Virus record (IMG/VR): IMGVR_UViG_3300031555_004271 | Coordinates: 1-64,000 of that record | Length of the DNA: 64,000 bases | Reading direction: 5' to 3' (one strand) | DNA from: a virus | Lineage: Duplodnaviria; Caudoviricetes | Shown here: positions 47,703 through 57,099 of the stretch, piece after piece | How positions within the stretch are numbered: the first letter of the stretch is position 1 | Layout: every line of letters begins with the position of its first letter | Translations under genes and position numbers: made by a program | The notes under the pieces: model-generated | The model's input: the letters and a program-made list of their open reading frames with translations, nothing else | What the model was told of the DNA's origin: nothing | Database searches by the model: none

Positions 47703-47736
47703 TTAATGATATATAGATATAAAGACTAATAATGCG
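47703..47736 (-). promoter_or_regulatory. Putative early promoter with a CGCATT box
   Basis: minus cgcatt-N15-tatatatcattaa. Confidence 0.6.
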
Positions 47737-47748
47737 TAAAGATTCTTC

Positions 47749-49484
47749 TTAATCTCTAGTTAGAGTGTATAATGTCTGAATACCCTCATTACGAAGAACT
47801 CTAGTAGTTTTACCTGTAACGTCTAGTAGGTATTTAGATGAGTTAATCAACTTTTCACATTCAGCATTTGCTTCTTGTGAGTAGACAGATCTTAGTGAAA
47901 CCGTGTCACCGTCAAACAATAATCTTATGCTTTAGAATTGTTAATTCTAAAATGCTTTGTATTTCAATACAAAGATGAGACTATATCTTTATATTCTCAT
48001 TTTCACTATACTTATAGTGTAAATTAGTCGTTGAACTAGTATAATTCTAGCTGCTGATTATCCTTTAGGATTTTCCAGCAATTAAAGAACTTTATAGCGA
48101 ACTTTTATGGTTAATCCGCTCCCAATGCTTCCAACATGGTATTATGAGGTATAATGGTGTCAATATAGTTGATATTTTCATCTATAACAGGACTATCCTC
48201 ACTCCTAGTAATTACAGGATACTCATCATAGTATTTATTGGCAATCTCAATCTGTTGAGTCTTATAAGTAGTCATTATCTTGATTCTACTAGGGTAAATA
48301 CTTTGATAGTTTTCAATAGGAAATCGAGTAACATATACATGTTTATCTTTACATACTCTAGTAGCGACAATATAGATAAGATCTAGTAGAGTAAACTGTC
48401 TTTTAAGCTCGTCTTGGAATAGATTTAATGGAGTATCTTTTACACTACCATCATCCATCTTAACAGGAACTAAAATAGGGTCTAGTCTGTTATCAGGAGA
48501 TTTGATGTAAAGATTCAACATTCCCTTGATCTTCTCAGTTGTAAACTTGGACATTGGATTCACCAGTGTATAGTACTTTCCATTAGCAGCTTTAAGTTCA
48601 CGTACTGAAGCAAAAGTTTCTCTAGCAAAATTATCAATCTCATATTGGAAGAAAGGATAGAAAAGGTTACATAAATGGGATAAAGGAATACCAGTATATG
48701 TAAACTTTACTAACTGATCTGCAGGTTTATTGGAATTAACACGACCTGCTGAGATAACACCTCTAGTACTATAGTCCACTGTCTTGCCGAGCAGACTATT
48801 CTTGAGAAGTCCACTCTTACCCTTAATATAGCTAGTCAAGTATTCATAAATCTCAACTAATTGTTTCTGTAATCTACTTTCAGTAATATGACCCATAAAA
48901 TCAAAGTCACTATTAGAACTAGCTAGGGAAATTAGATTAGCATACATTTTGTTAATCTCATCTTCAGAAACTTTACCATGGTCTAATTTCTGTATATTAG
49001 AATCTCGGTAGGATGCAGGAATTACCAACCAGTACTTGACAAAGATCTCATCAATATCTAACTTGTTAAGTAAGTCTATAGTTCTATCACGTTCACCAGA
49101 TCCAGATTTTTTGAACTTTAGTTTCTTAAAGTTGTCATACAACCAATTAATACCAGTATTACCATTTACATTGTCGGCAACTAACTCGCCTTTCTCATTA
49201 ATTGAGAAATAACCACTACCATCAATGACTCTGACAAAGTTTCTATTCATCTTAGTAAGTCTCTGGTATAATAAAGGATGTAGAAAATGTCCTTTTAAAT
49301 CTATATATCCGAATAAGGTTCTTCTATCATAACTACCAACTTGACCAAAGATTCTATAAGAAAGTAGACCGTCATCAGTAGGATACCATCCTTGATCGAA
49401 TCTAATTGGATTAGTAACTTCCTGTAAATTGTTTACTTTTATGAATTTTTCTAGGTTACAAATATCTATCTTCAAAGGAAACAT
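47749..49484 (-). CDS. rpoC: Virion RNA polymerase beta-prime N-terminal subunit, spliced: join(48114..49484,47749..47916), 512 aa
   Basis: DDGLLSYRIFG, KGKSGLLK..LLGKTVDYSTRGVIS, VTRFP; splicing gives LGAD|FDGDTVS. Confidence 0.9.
47917..48113 (-). ncRNA. Group I intron (197 nt) inside the catalytic DxDGD motif, no P8 evident
   Basis: P1 gcggaU/Guucgc, P 48075-83, Q 48051-59, R 48025-36, S 47978-89, terminal G 47917. Confidence 0.9.
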
Positions 49485-49505
49485 CCTCCTTTCATTATTT
49501 TTCTA

Positions 49506-49517
49506 TAATTGTTTGTT
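49506..49517 (-). promoter_or_regulatory. Putative late promoter AACA-N6-TA
   Basis: minus aaca-aacaat-ta upstream of the virion RNAP gene. Confidence 0.6.
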
Positions 49518-49540
49518 CTAGGATATAAAAATTGACAAAA

Positions 49541-49573
49541 AAAGATGATAGTTTTTAGAAAACTATCATCTTT
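49541..49573 (-). terminator. Intrinsic terminator
   Basis: aaagatgatagtttt-tag-aaaactatcatcttt. Confidence 0.8.
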
Positions 49574-49578
49574 GTATT

Positions 49579-50319
49579 TTAAATCACATCCATATAGAAT
49601 GTTTGTAAGTTGTAGTTATCTACTAGTTTAGTAAATCTTTCATCAGGTTTGTTATAACCATAACTAGGAATCAGGATTTCATTACCAAAACCCTGACCAT
49701 ACAGTACTATATCATAGATACACTCTAATCTATCATCTGCAAATATATCCCACTTAATTCCCATTTCCATAATAGGAATAGACTTTCTAGTATCAATAGT
49801 TGGAATAAACTCTATCTTTTCTGGATGAGCACAATCTTTAAAAAATTCTGCAGTACAATCTATTTTTGCATTGATTGAAGTATCAGATAGACAATGGGAT
49901 ACAATATAGATTTTCTCACAATATTCTTGATCTACATATTGTCGCAGGGAATATGCAAATTTTGTAAATGGAATATCCTTATAGAAATCTGGATGATTGA
50001 AGAAATCTGTAACTTCTTCTACAATATGCTTTGGTACTTCATCTACATCATTACGTTTTAACCAATCACAAGTATAGTACTTAGTTCTATCATACAGAAA
50101 ACGATTAGACATTGGTCGAATGTTCATATACTTGCGATATTCCTCTAGATTCTTAGACTCTAGAATCATTTTCAGTTGCTTTGGTACGATTAAAGCTAGT
50201 GTATCATCAAAATCTGTTACTAGTACTTTAGGCTCTTTACCAGTACGTTCCGCTGCTTCTTGTGGTGTTTGTATGATGTTATAAGGTTTGACTTCTCTAC
50301 CATTAAACAACATAATCAA
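49579..50319 (-). CDS. HAD-family 5'(3')-deoxyribonucleotidase
   Basis: VTDFDDTL motif I, YIVS, KSI, IFADDR motif IV. Confidence 0.8.
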   Translation of the reverse strand: MIMLFNGREVKPYNIIQTPQEAAERTGKEPKVLVTDFDDTLALIVPKQLKMILESKNLEEYRKYMNIRPMSNRFLYDRTKYYTCDWLKRNDVDEVPKHIVEEVTDFFNHPDFYKDIPFTKFAYSLRQYVDQEYCEKIYIVSHCLSDTSINAKIDCTAEFFKDCAHPEKIEFIPTIDTRKSIPIMEMGIKWDIFADDRLECIYDIVLYGQGFGNEILIPSYGYNKPDERFTKLVDNYNLQTFYMDVI

Positions 50320-50352
50320 TAATCATTCCTTTCTATAAAAATTTGCTAAAAA

Positions 50353-50384
50353 ATAAAGGACTGTATAAATATACAGTCCTTTAT
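50353..50384 (-). terminator. Intrinsic terminator
   Basis: ataaaggactgtat-aaat-atacagtcctttat. Confidence 0.8.
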
Positions 50385-50439
50385 TCCATCTGATAACTAA
50401 TCGATTATGCCTTTAGAAATATAGAAAGGTAAATCGCTA

Positions 50440-51282
50440 TCAGTCATCCTCCTCATCGTCATCATCTAACAAAGCCTTCATGTTAGAAGCCTTAGTTAGA
50501 CTAGAAGAAGGCTTTCTACCAGTTTTTCTAGGAGTTACTTCCTCTTCATCTTCATCATCTTCAGAAATGGCTTCAGCTCTCTTAGAACCTAGAGTGCTAC
50601 GTACAGAACGCTTTAAACCACCAGCTACCTTGCCGCCAGACTTAGCTTCACCACTTCTACCATTAATAGTAAAACCATTAACTTCAAATACGGAGTCTAC
50701 TAGGCCAGATACCATACCATAAGCAGTATTGAATAGTTCCTTAATAGCTACGATATCCATATTGACAACATCTTCAGATTCTACACCTTCATCATTGTAG
50801 AATCTTAGAGTCTGGTCGTTGCTCAATACATGCTTGTATTCTGCAGTAACTTCTGCATTCTGCACATAAGTAATGTAGACAGATACGCCATCTTCTTCAG
50901 CTACGATTTCAAACTGAGAACCATTGTTAGACTGAGCAGAGATATGGTTGATAATGATACCACCGATAGTACCTGCATCCATATCATTAGTGGGGAACAT
51001 CTGCTCTAGCTGATACTTTACCTTTGATACTTCAAGTGCAGAGAAGTTAAAGTAACCATTATCAAAAGTACCATCTTCGTTCTTAACGAACTTACCATCA
51101 TCGTCCAGAGTCTGAATTTTTAGAACCAGTTCATAGAAATTCTTATCAGACTTTCTTAGTGCTGCCAATAGAACTGTCTTATTCTCTCTCTGCCAATAGT
51201 TGGGACCACTGTTGCCCCACTTGTAAGTAATCTTTTCTCTTTCATTATTATTGCTTTTACTACCCTTATTAACTACTGCCAT
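50440..51282 (-). CDS. Probable single-stranded DNA-binding protein
   Basis: Beta-rich core, Gly/Arg linker, acidic tail LLDDDDEEDD; directly downstream of the polymerase; high-expression codons. Confidence 0.55.
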   Translation of the reverse strand: MAVVNKGSKSNNNEREKITYKWGNSGPNYWQRENKTVLLAALRKSDKNFYELVLKIQTLDDDGKFVKNEDGTFDNGYFNFSALEVSKVKYQLEQMFPTNDMDAGTIGGIIINHISAQSNNGSQFEIVAEEDGVSVYITYVQNAEVTAEYKHVLSNDQTLRFYNDEGVESEDVVNMDIVAIKELFNTAYGMVSGLVDSVFEVNGFTINGRSGEAKSGGKVAGGLKRSVRSTLGSKRAEAISEDDEDEEEVTPRKTGRKPSSSLTKASNMKALLDDDDEEDD

Positions 51283-51347
51283 TTAAAATCTTCCTCCTTA
51301 AATTTTTGGGTGTGTTAAATGTTAAAACTAGATTTAATAGAATTATT

Positions 51348-51390
51348 AAAACAGTTTCTAAATGTATTATATATGTTTAGAAACTGTTTT
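51348..51390 (-). terminator. 15-bp inverted repeat after the DNA polymerase
   Basis: aaaacagtttctaaa-N13-tttagaaactgtttt. Confidence 0.65.
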
Positions 51391-51396
51391 AACATT

Positions 51397-53328
51397 TTAA
51401 AAACTGATAAAGGTGCTATAATACTCTTTGTTATTATATTGCATGAGCTTAATACCTAGACTCTCTAATAGCAAATTACCAACACGAATGTTATCATCAA
51501 CGATATCTTCATAGTTGATAAATGGAATTAGTTCTTTAGGAATCTTAGTAACTGACTTTGGCATACAAATAGCAGTCATACCATAATGAGCTAAGTTTTC
51601 ATCATTGAAAATTTCACTCTGAATTGTCTCAAAGAACTCAGTTCCATAGATAGGTTCCAGATCAGTAATGTCATTGATCTTTAACTTCAATAGATTGACT
51701 TTAGCAGGTGTTTGGATTGTGTTATTAGGATATAACTTATTCCAAATAATAGAACCTCTAGCACTAGCTACTTGATATGCATTTTTATAAGAATCGAAAT
51801 CATTACACTTACCAGGAGTTAAAAATGTAATCTCACCATTCTTTAGAGAATTTCTAATCTCATCTTCAAATGCTTTAAAGATTCCTAAAATCTCAGCTAT
51901 GTTAATAACTGGATCGTTTAGAATCTTTTTCTCAATCATATCTGTGAAAACTTTTCTAGTACGATTGTTAACATTTGCCTTCTTAATAGACATACCCTTC
52001 ATGTCTATTTTTCTTTTGATATTACCTTCTTGTAATTCTAACTGTCCTGTGTACTGCTTCTTGTTTCGTGTAAGCATTAGTCGGGAGTAGAGGAACTCGC
52101 TCTTCATGTTGATAATTGGCTGCTTAACTTCAGTAACATTACAATTTTCTGTTAAACGATTCAATTCTTTCTGAATGAATTTTGCTAGAAATAGTATAGC
52201 TGAGTTAGGAATACTATACATCAACTTATCTGAATCTGGTAGATGTATAGTCTTGTGTACCCATTTCACATACGAGTCTAAAGCGATAAAGTTACTGTCA
52301 GTGTCGACTGTCAGTATAGTACTTCTTTCCATACTAAATGCTCTTTCAGCTCTATTCCAGTACTGATAGTCATAGACTACAAACTCTTCTAATAAACTCC
52401 ACAACTTATCTAGATTCTCTTTAGTTTCATCATTAATCTCATTAGGATCAATAATCTCAAATTGTAGAATATTCTCTAGATATTGCTTTACTTTTTCATT
52501 TTCTAAGAATTCATAGATGTTGTTCTTGTAATAGACACGATTTACAGACTCTTTATCCAATCCATTAATCAATGTCTTTAAAGCAGATTTCTCTTCTTTA
52601 GTTAGTTCAACGTCCATTATTTCATACAATTTCTCTAACAAATCTTGCTTTTTCTTTACATTTTCTTTATCTAGAACTTTTAGAATTTTCATCTCACTAT
52701 TGATGTTTTCTAGACAGTTATTGATATAAATGCAAAGATCACTGAAATTATCATAATGAACATTATTACTAAGGAAAGACTCGAAAGCTAGAATGGAAGT
52801 CGTAATTATGGAGTATCCCGTGTATGTTACAGAAGCCGGAATAACAGGATTATAGAACTGACTGTTCTTCTCACCAGTAGCACCATAATAGGAGTTATTC
52901 AATAGCTTAAATGTCTTCTGCATCATTTCATAGAATGACTCTTTAGCTACATCACCTTCATTAAGTGCTGCGAACTGAGCTTTCTTAGCAACTTTTCTTT
53001 CAGACATCAACCAGCTAACAAAGTCAGCATTTAAATTAATTGCCTTTTCATGTTGCTTGAACATAACTCCATAGCCAGTCATAATAGGTTTCTTATTCTC
53101 ATAGAAATCTAAGACATTTAATAATGTATAATCATTCTCTACATTTTCATAGTTGTTTCTAATAGTTAAATTCTTTTCATTTGAGTTAAGTTTCTGATTT
53201 TCTTCTATTTGTTTATCTATTAGTTCTTCTAAAGTTTCTCTAGGAACATCTGGTTTTAGTTTTGTTAGAGTTGCTAACATATCTCGCTTATACTTTTGTA
53301 CGAAAGTACTGTTCTGAATATCAGACAT
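51397..53328 (-). CDS. Family B DNA polymerase, C-terminal (motif B/C) subunit of a split enzyme
   Basis: ERKVAKK...KLLNNSYYG, TVDTDS, KKQY, DMKG..IKK; no DxxSLYPS or exonuclease motifs seen. Confidence 0.85.
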   Translation of the reverse strand: MSDIQNSTFVQKYKRDMLATLTKLKPDVPRETLEELIDKQIEENQKLNSNEKNLTIRNNYENVENDYTLLNVLDFYENKKPIMTGYGVMFKQHEKAINLNADFVSWLMSERKVAKKAQFAALNEGDVAKESFYEMMQKTFKLLNNSYYGATGEKNSQFYNPVIPASVTYTGYSIITTSILAFESFLSNNVHYDNFSDLCIYINNCLENINSEMKILKVLDKENVKKKQDLLEKLYEIMDVELTKEEKSALKTLINGLDKESVNRVYYKNNIYEFLENEKVKQYLENILQFEIIDPNEINDETKENLDKLWSLLEEFVVYDYQYWNRAERAFSMERSTILTVDTDSNFIALDSYVKWVHKTIHLPDSDKLMYSIPNSAILFLAKFIQKELNRLTENCNVTEVKQPIINMKSEFLYSRLMLTRNKKQYTGQLELQEGNIKRKIDMKGMSIKKANVNNRTRKVFTDMIEKKILNDPVINIAEILGIFKAFEDEIRNSLKNGEITFLTPGKCNDFDSYKNAYQVASARGSIIWNKLYPNNTIQTPAKVNLLKLKINDITDLEPIYGTEFFETIQSEIFNDENLAHYGMTAICMPKSVTKIPKELIPFINYEDIVDDNIRVGNLLLESLGIKLMQYNNKEYYSTFISF

Positions 53329-53396
53329 TTATAAAAACCACATCCTTTCTTAGTATGTAATAGATTTTTAAATGGAACTTTTTTGGATTAGGATTT

Positions 53397-53744
53397 TTAA
53401 TTTAACTTATACTCTTTTACATATTCTGGAATATCAATCATTCTACTACATAAACCAGGAAATTCACTTAAATAAGCGTTGTCAAATTTTCTTACAGCAT
53501 AAGAACTATCATTCATATCTATAGTAATATATGCTTTATTTTCCATTAATCCCTTGATATAAGGATCTTTATACATAAATACTCTATCAGGTTCATTATC
53601 ACTACGCCCAAGATTATCTAAAATTTTCAGAAGTTTAGGTGAATCTTCGTTAGTTTTGAAGTTTATAACTTTACTTGAATCTTTATTAAATACTCCCATT
53701 TCTAAGTCAAACATAAACTTTCTTTCAATGTCTCTATTTGTCAT
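53397..53744 (-). CDS. FDL-family paralog (array C)
   Basis: RKFMFDLEMG...IDIPEY. Confidence 0.85.
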   Translation of the reverse strand: MTNRDIERKFMFDLEMGVFNKDSSKVINFKTNEDSPKLLKILDNLGRSDNEPDRVFMYKDPYIKGLMENKAYITIDMNDSSYAVRKFDNAYLSEFPGLCSRMIDIPEYVKEYKLN

Positions 53745-54082
53745 ATTTGATACTCCTTTATATAGTTTGGAATTCTATTCCATCTTACTAATAATAGTTC
53801 TTTATTACTTGTAAATCTTCCAGTACAATCGCCTAAACCAAATACTTTACCTACTGGATCTATCCATACATAAGCTTCACCTTTATACAACCAATTTTTT
53901 ACTTTATCTATATCTTCACGTTCATTAAGTTCTAAATACCTATTATATCCGATATTGTATAAAAGATTGTATAACTTAAAGGCTTTTTTACCTTTTCTGA
54001 AGTATATAGTATGAAAAAATAGATCAAATCTTCCCATATTCAAATCAAATAAGAATCTTCTTTCAATTTCTTCATTAGTCAT
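53741..54082 (-). CDS. FDL-family paralog (array C)
   Basis: RRFLFDLNMG...NRIPNY. Confidence 0.85.
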   Translation of the reverse strand: MTNEEIERRFLFDLNMGRFDLFFHTIYFRKGKKAFKLYNLLYNIGYNRYLELNEREDIDKVKNWLYKGEAYVWIDPVGKVFGLGDCTGRFTSNKELLLVRWNRIPNYIKEYQI

Positions 54083-54420
54083 AATTTACACCCCATATTC
54101 AATTTAGTGTATTCCAATAGATAATCTGGTATCTCATTAAAGTATTTAAAAGCTGCTTCAGTACGTACACTAATATGACCAGTAGTATATGAGTTATATT
54201 CGTTTGAAAACCATATATACGAAGTTGAATATTCATTAGGAAAATGCTTTATTGCTTCATCAGAACCATCTCTAAATCCTATATTGGTTAATAGGATAAA
54301 CAGATTCTTATATTTGAGTGTGTCTCTAGTTTTGAAGAAAAACATACCAGCATCATCTGTTATAAATCTTCTCATATTCATATCAAACTTGAATTTCTTT
54401 TCAATCTGTTCATTAGTCAT
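54079..54420 (-). CDS. FDL-family paralog (array C)
   Basis: KKFKFDMNMR...NEIPDY. Confidence 0.85.
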   Translation of the reverse strand: MTNEQIEKKFKFDMNMRRFITDDAGMFFFKTRDTLKYKNLFILLTNIGFRDGSDEAIKHFPNEYSTSYIWFSNEYNSYTTGHISVRTEAAFKYFNEIPDYLLEYTKLNMGCKL

Positions 54421-54758
54421 AGTTGATAGTCCTTTATATATTTTGGTATTTGATTTACATTTGGATAATCACATTTATAAGTATATCTTTCAGATTTCAT
54501 AAATTCCTTTTTTTCAGGAAATAAATTTACATAGAATGTTCTAGGATTTTTATTCCGTTTCCATTCTTTTAATATACCTTTCTCTAAAAGTCCTTTATAA
54601 TAGTCTTTATAGCCAATATCTTCTAAACACTTAAGAAATTTATCATAATTAACATTTCCTTGAAAACTTATTCTAATACAATTTCTATTATCTTCTCTTT
54701 TGAATCTATCAAAATTTAAGTCAAATTCTAATCTTTTTCTAATTTCTTCATTAGTCAT
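54417..54758 (-). CDS. FDL-family paralog (array C)
   Basis: KRLEFDLNFD...NQIPKY. Confidence 0.85.
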   Translation of the reverse strand: MTNEEIRKRLEFDLNFDRFKREDNRNCIRISFQGNVNYDKFLKCLEDIGYKDYYKGLLEKGILKEWKRNKNPRTFYVNLFPEKKEFMKSERYTYKCDYPNVNQIPKYIKDYQL

Positions 54759-54764
54759 CTAATT

Positions 54765-55091
54765 TCACTCCTTTATAGATTCCCTTATAAAATCTGGAAA
54801 TCGATTTTTAGGTGTTGATTTACTATCAAAATATGGAGCAGATGGTACGATTCTATAGTTTCTTCTATCTAAATAGACCTTTATAGTATTACTATTTTTA
54901 TATTGACCACTTACATGTCTATATCCAATTCTGTCTAAAACCTTTTTTAGTTCGATTAACATACTATATGATTCACGATGATCTAAAACAAAATACACTA
55001 TTCTATGATTCTCAGTACGCTTTACTTTATAAATTCCAAGTTCTAGTTCTAGATCGAATTTGAATCTTCTAACAACATTTTCATCAATCAT
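54765..55091 (-). CDS. FDL-family paralog (array C)
   Basis: RRFKFDLELELG...NRFPDF. Confidence 0.85.
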   Translation of the reverse strand: MIDENVVRRFKFDLELELGIYKVKRTENHRIVYFVLDHRESYSMLIELKKVLDRIGYRHVSGQYKNSNTIKVYLDRRNYRIVPSAPYFDSKSTPKNRFPDFIRESIKE

Positions 55092-55399
55092 ATTTTATAC
55101 CTTTTCACATAGTCTGGTACTTTATTGTAATACCAATCAGGATTTAAATATTCGTTATTTCTTATATTGTACTTTTTATTACGAGTACTTATTGTTACAA
55201 TTATCATATTTCTTGGAGATAGGTGATATTCGTTTCTTTCAAAACCTAAATTATCCAGAATACTTATTAGTCTAAATCTAGATTTATCTCTTTTTCTTTC
55301 TATAAATCTAATTACTGTTGGATAATCACCATTTATACATCTAAATACTCCCATATTCAAATCAAATAGGAAACGTTTTTCTATTTCTTCATTTGTCAT
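55088..55399 (-). CDS. FDL-family paralog (array C)
   Basis: KRFLFDLNMG...NKVPDY. Confidence 0.85.
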   Translation of the reverse strand: MTNEEIEKRFLFDLNMGVFRCINGDYPTVIRFIERKRDKSRFRLISILDNLGFERNEYHLSPRNMIIVTISTRNKKYNIRNNEYLNPDWYYNKVPDYVKRYKI

Positions 55400-55414
55400 A
55401 ATTCTAATACCTCT

Positions 55415-55696
55415 TTAATAAAGCCTAAAGTCCTTTATATATTCTGGTGCTTCATAACTTCTATAAGTCTTATCTTTCATTCCATAAGTGAAAGTTCTAT
55501 TTACCTTATTTATGAGAATGTATTCTATATTTTCATAATCATGAGAATATATTGATGTATAAGAATAACCCCATAATTGTACTATTCTCATTATTCTTCT
55601 AGTAATTCTATATGGGGCATAAAATATTACTGAATCACCACTATATTTGATTTGTAAATCAAAATCAAATCTTTTCATAATTTCTGTATTAGACAT
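55415..55696 (-). CDS. FDL-family paralog (array C)
   Basis: KRFDFDLQ...YEAPEY. Confidence 0.85.
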   Translation of the reverse strand: MSNTEIMKRFDFDLQIKYSGDSVIFYAPYRITRRIMRIVQLWGYSYTSIYSHDYENIEYILINKVNRTFTYGMKDKTYRSYEAPEYIKDFRLY

Positions 55697-55704
55697 AACA
55701 TCAC

Positions 55705-56031
55705 CTAAAAATTATCACGTATTGAATATTCTCTAACATATTCTGGTATAGGATTTGTTACTAAACCAGATACTTTAGTGTATCTGCTATAAATGGAATA
55801 TGTCTTATTTGATATTATAATTCCAATGTATACAAAATGATTCATACTCGTTCTTGAGGCATAATTACTACGACATTCAAAACCTGCATAATTTAACAAT
55901 TCACATAAAGGATTGCATTCAAAAATACTTTTAGTTTCAAACCATATATGAAAATCATCTGAACTTAATTTTTTAAATAATCCCATTTCTAAATCGAAAA
56001 AGAATCTTTTTTCTATTTCTTTATTTGTCAT
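55705..56031 (-). CDS. FDL-family paralog (array C)
   Basis: KRFFFDLEMG...NPIPEY. Confidence 0.85.
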   Translation of the reverse strand: MTNKEIEKRFFFDLEMGLFKKLSSDDFHIWFETKSIFECNPLCELLNYAGFECRSNYASRTSMNHFVYIGIIISNKTYSIYSRYTKVSGLVTNPIPEYVREYSIRDNF

Positions 56032-56036
56032 ATACT

Positions 56037-56373
56037 CTAATCACTATCCTTTGTTAGAATGTACTCTGGAATTGGATTTTCATAATAGTTATATAATCTA
56101 GTATAATCATCATAGTAGCTATAAAGTTTACTAGTTGTATTTATAAGTATACCATCTCTAGCTAAGACTAAAACACTTATATCTTCATAGAAACCTATAA
56201 CCAATCTGATTTAAAAAGTTTTTCATCTCTTTCATTTTAGCAAAGTTCTTATTATCAAATGGATAATCTTCCTCTTTAAATACTATAATTTTTCCATATT
56301 TAGTTTCGTGACCTTTTATTAAACCTAATTCTATATCAAATAAGAATCTTTTTTCTAATTCTGTATTACTCAT
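56037..56373 (-). pseudogene. Frameshifted FDL-family paralog
   Basis: 62-aa ORF stops at 56185; the +1 frame continues FYEDISV...NPIPEYILTKDSD to TAG at 56037; total 337 nt = 3n+1. Confidence 0.75.
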
Positions 56374-56744
56374 ACATAGAATCCTCCTATAGTGTATTTC
56401 TTACAATTATGAGATATTACATAATCTTTGATATACTCTGGTAATTCAGAAATCTCTTTACTATGAGGTAAACTACGAATGCTTATATTATCATAACATT
56501 GAAAGTATTTTTCTCCATTATATATCTTGATAATTCTCTTAGATTTTCCATACTCATAGTATCCATAAACATTCTCATCTAAAAATGAGAATTTCTGTGA
56601 ATATCCATTGAATGCAAGTATGGTTTCTATATCTGAAATGTTATCATAAAAGTCATAGAAAACTATAGAACCATCGTCATTGGTTTTAAATACTCCCATA
56701 TTTAAATCAAATAAAAATCTTCTATCTTTTTCTTCTTTAGTCAT
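56370..56744 (-). CDS. FDL-family paralog (array C)
   Basis: RRFLFDLNMG...SELPEY. Confidence 0.85.
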   Translation of the reverse strand: MTKEEKDRRFLFDLNMGVFKTNDDGSIVFYDFYDNISDIETILAFNGYSQKFSFLDENVYGYYEYGKSKRIIKIYNGEKYFQCYDNISIRSLPHSKEISELPEYIKDYVISHNCKKYTIGGFYV

Positions 56745-57088
56745 TTACTATCAACTTCTTTCTTACTTATATCGTATCGTTTTATGTAATTCGGTATGGT
56801 GTTATAATAATTTTCATAACAATGCAATCGATCAACTATATGAAATTCTTTATTTTCAATGGATATATTTATACTGAATCTTTTATTAAAGTTTCTTAAA
56901 TCTTTCCTAGTGTATTTATATCCTTTTACAGTAACTTCCTTAAAACCATTATTTTCCAATAATCTTACTAGTCTTATGATATTTCTATCACATTTAAATG
57001 CACACAATTTATCGTAATGACCATATGGTTTAAATATACCCATATGAAGATCGAATAAGAATTTTTTCTCTATTTTTTCACTATCCAT
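56741..57088 (-). CDS. FDL-family paralog (array C)
   Basis: KKFLFDLHMG...NTIPNY. Confidence 0.85.
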   Translation of the reverse strand: MDSEKIEKKFLFDLHMGIFKPYGHYDKLCAFKCDRNIIRLVRLLENNGFKEVTVKGYKYTRKDLRNFNKRFSINISIENKEFHIVDRLHCYENYYNTIPNYIKRYDISKKEVDSK

Positions 57089-57099
57089 TTATAATACTC

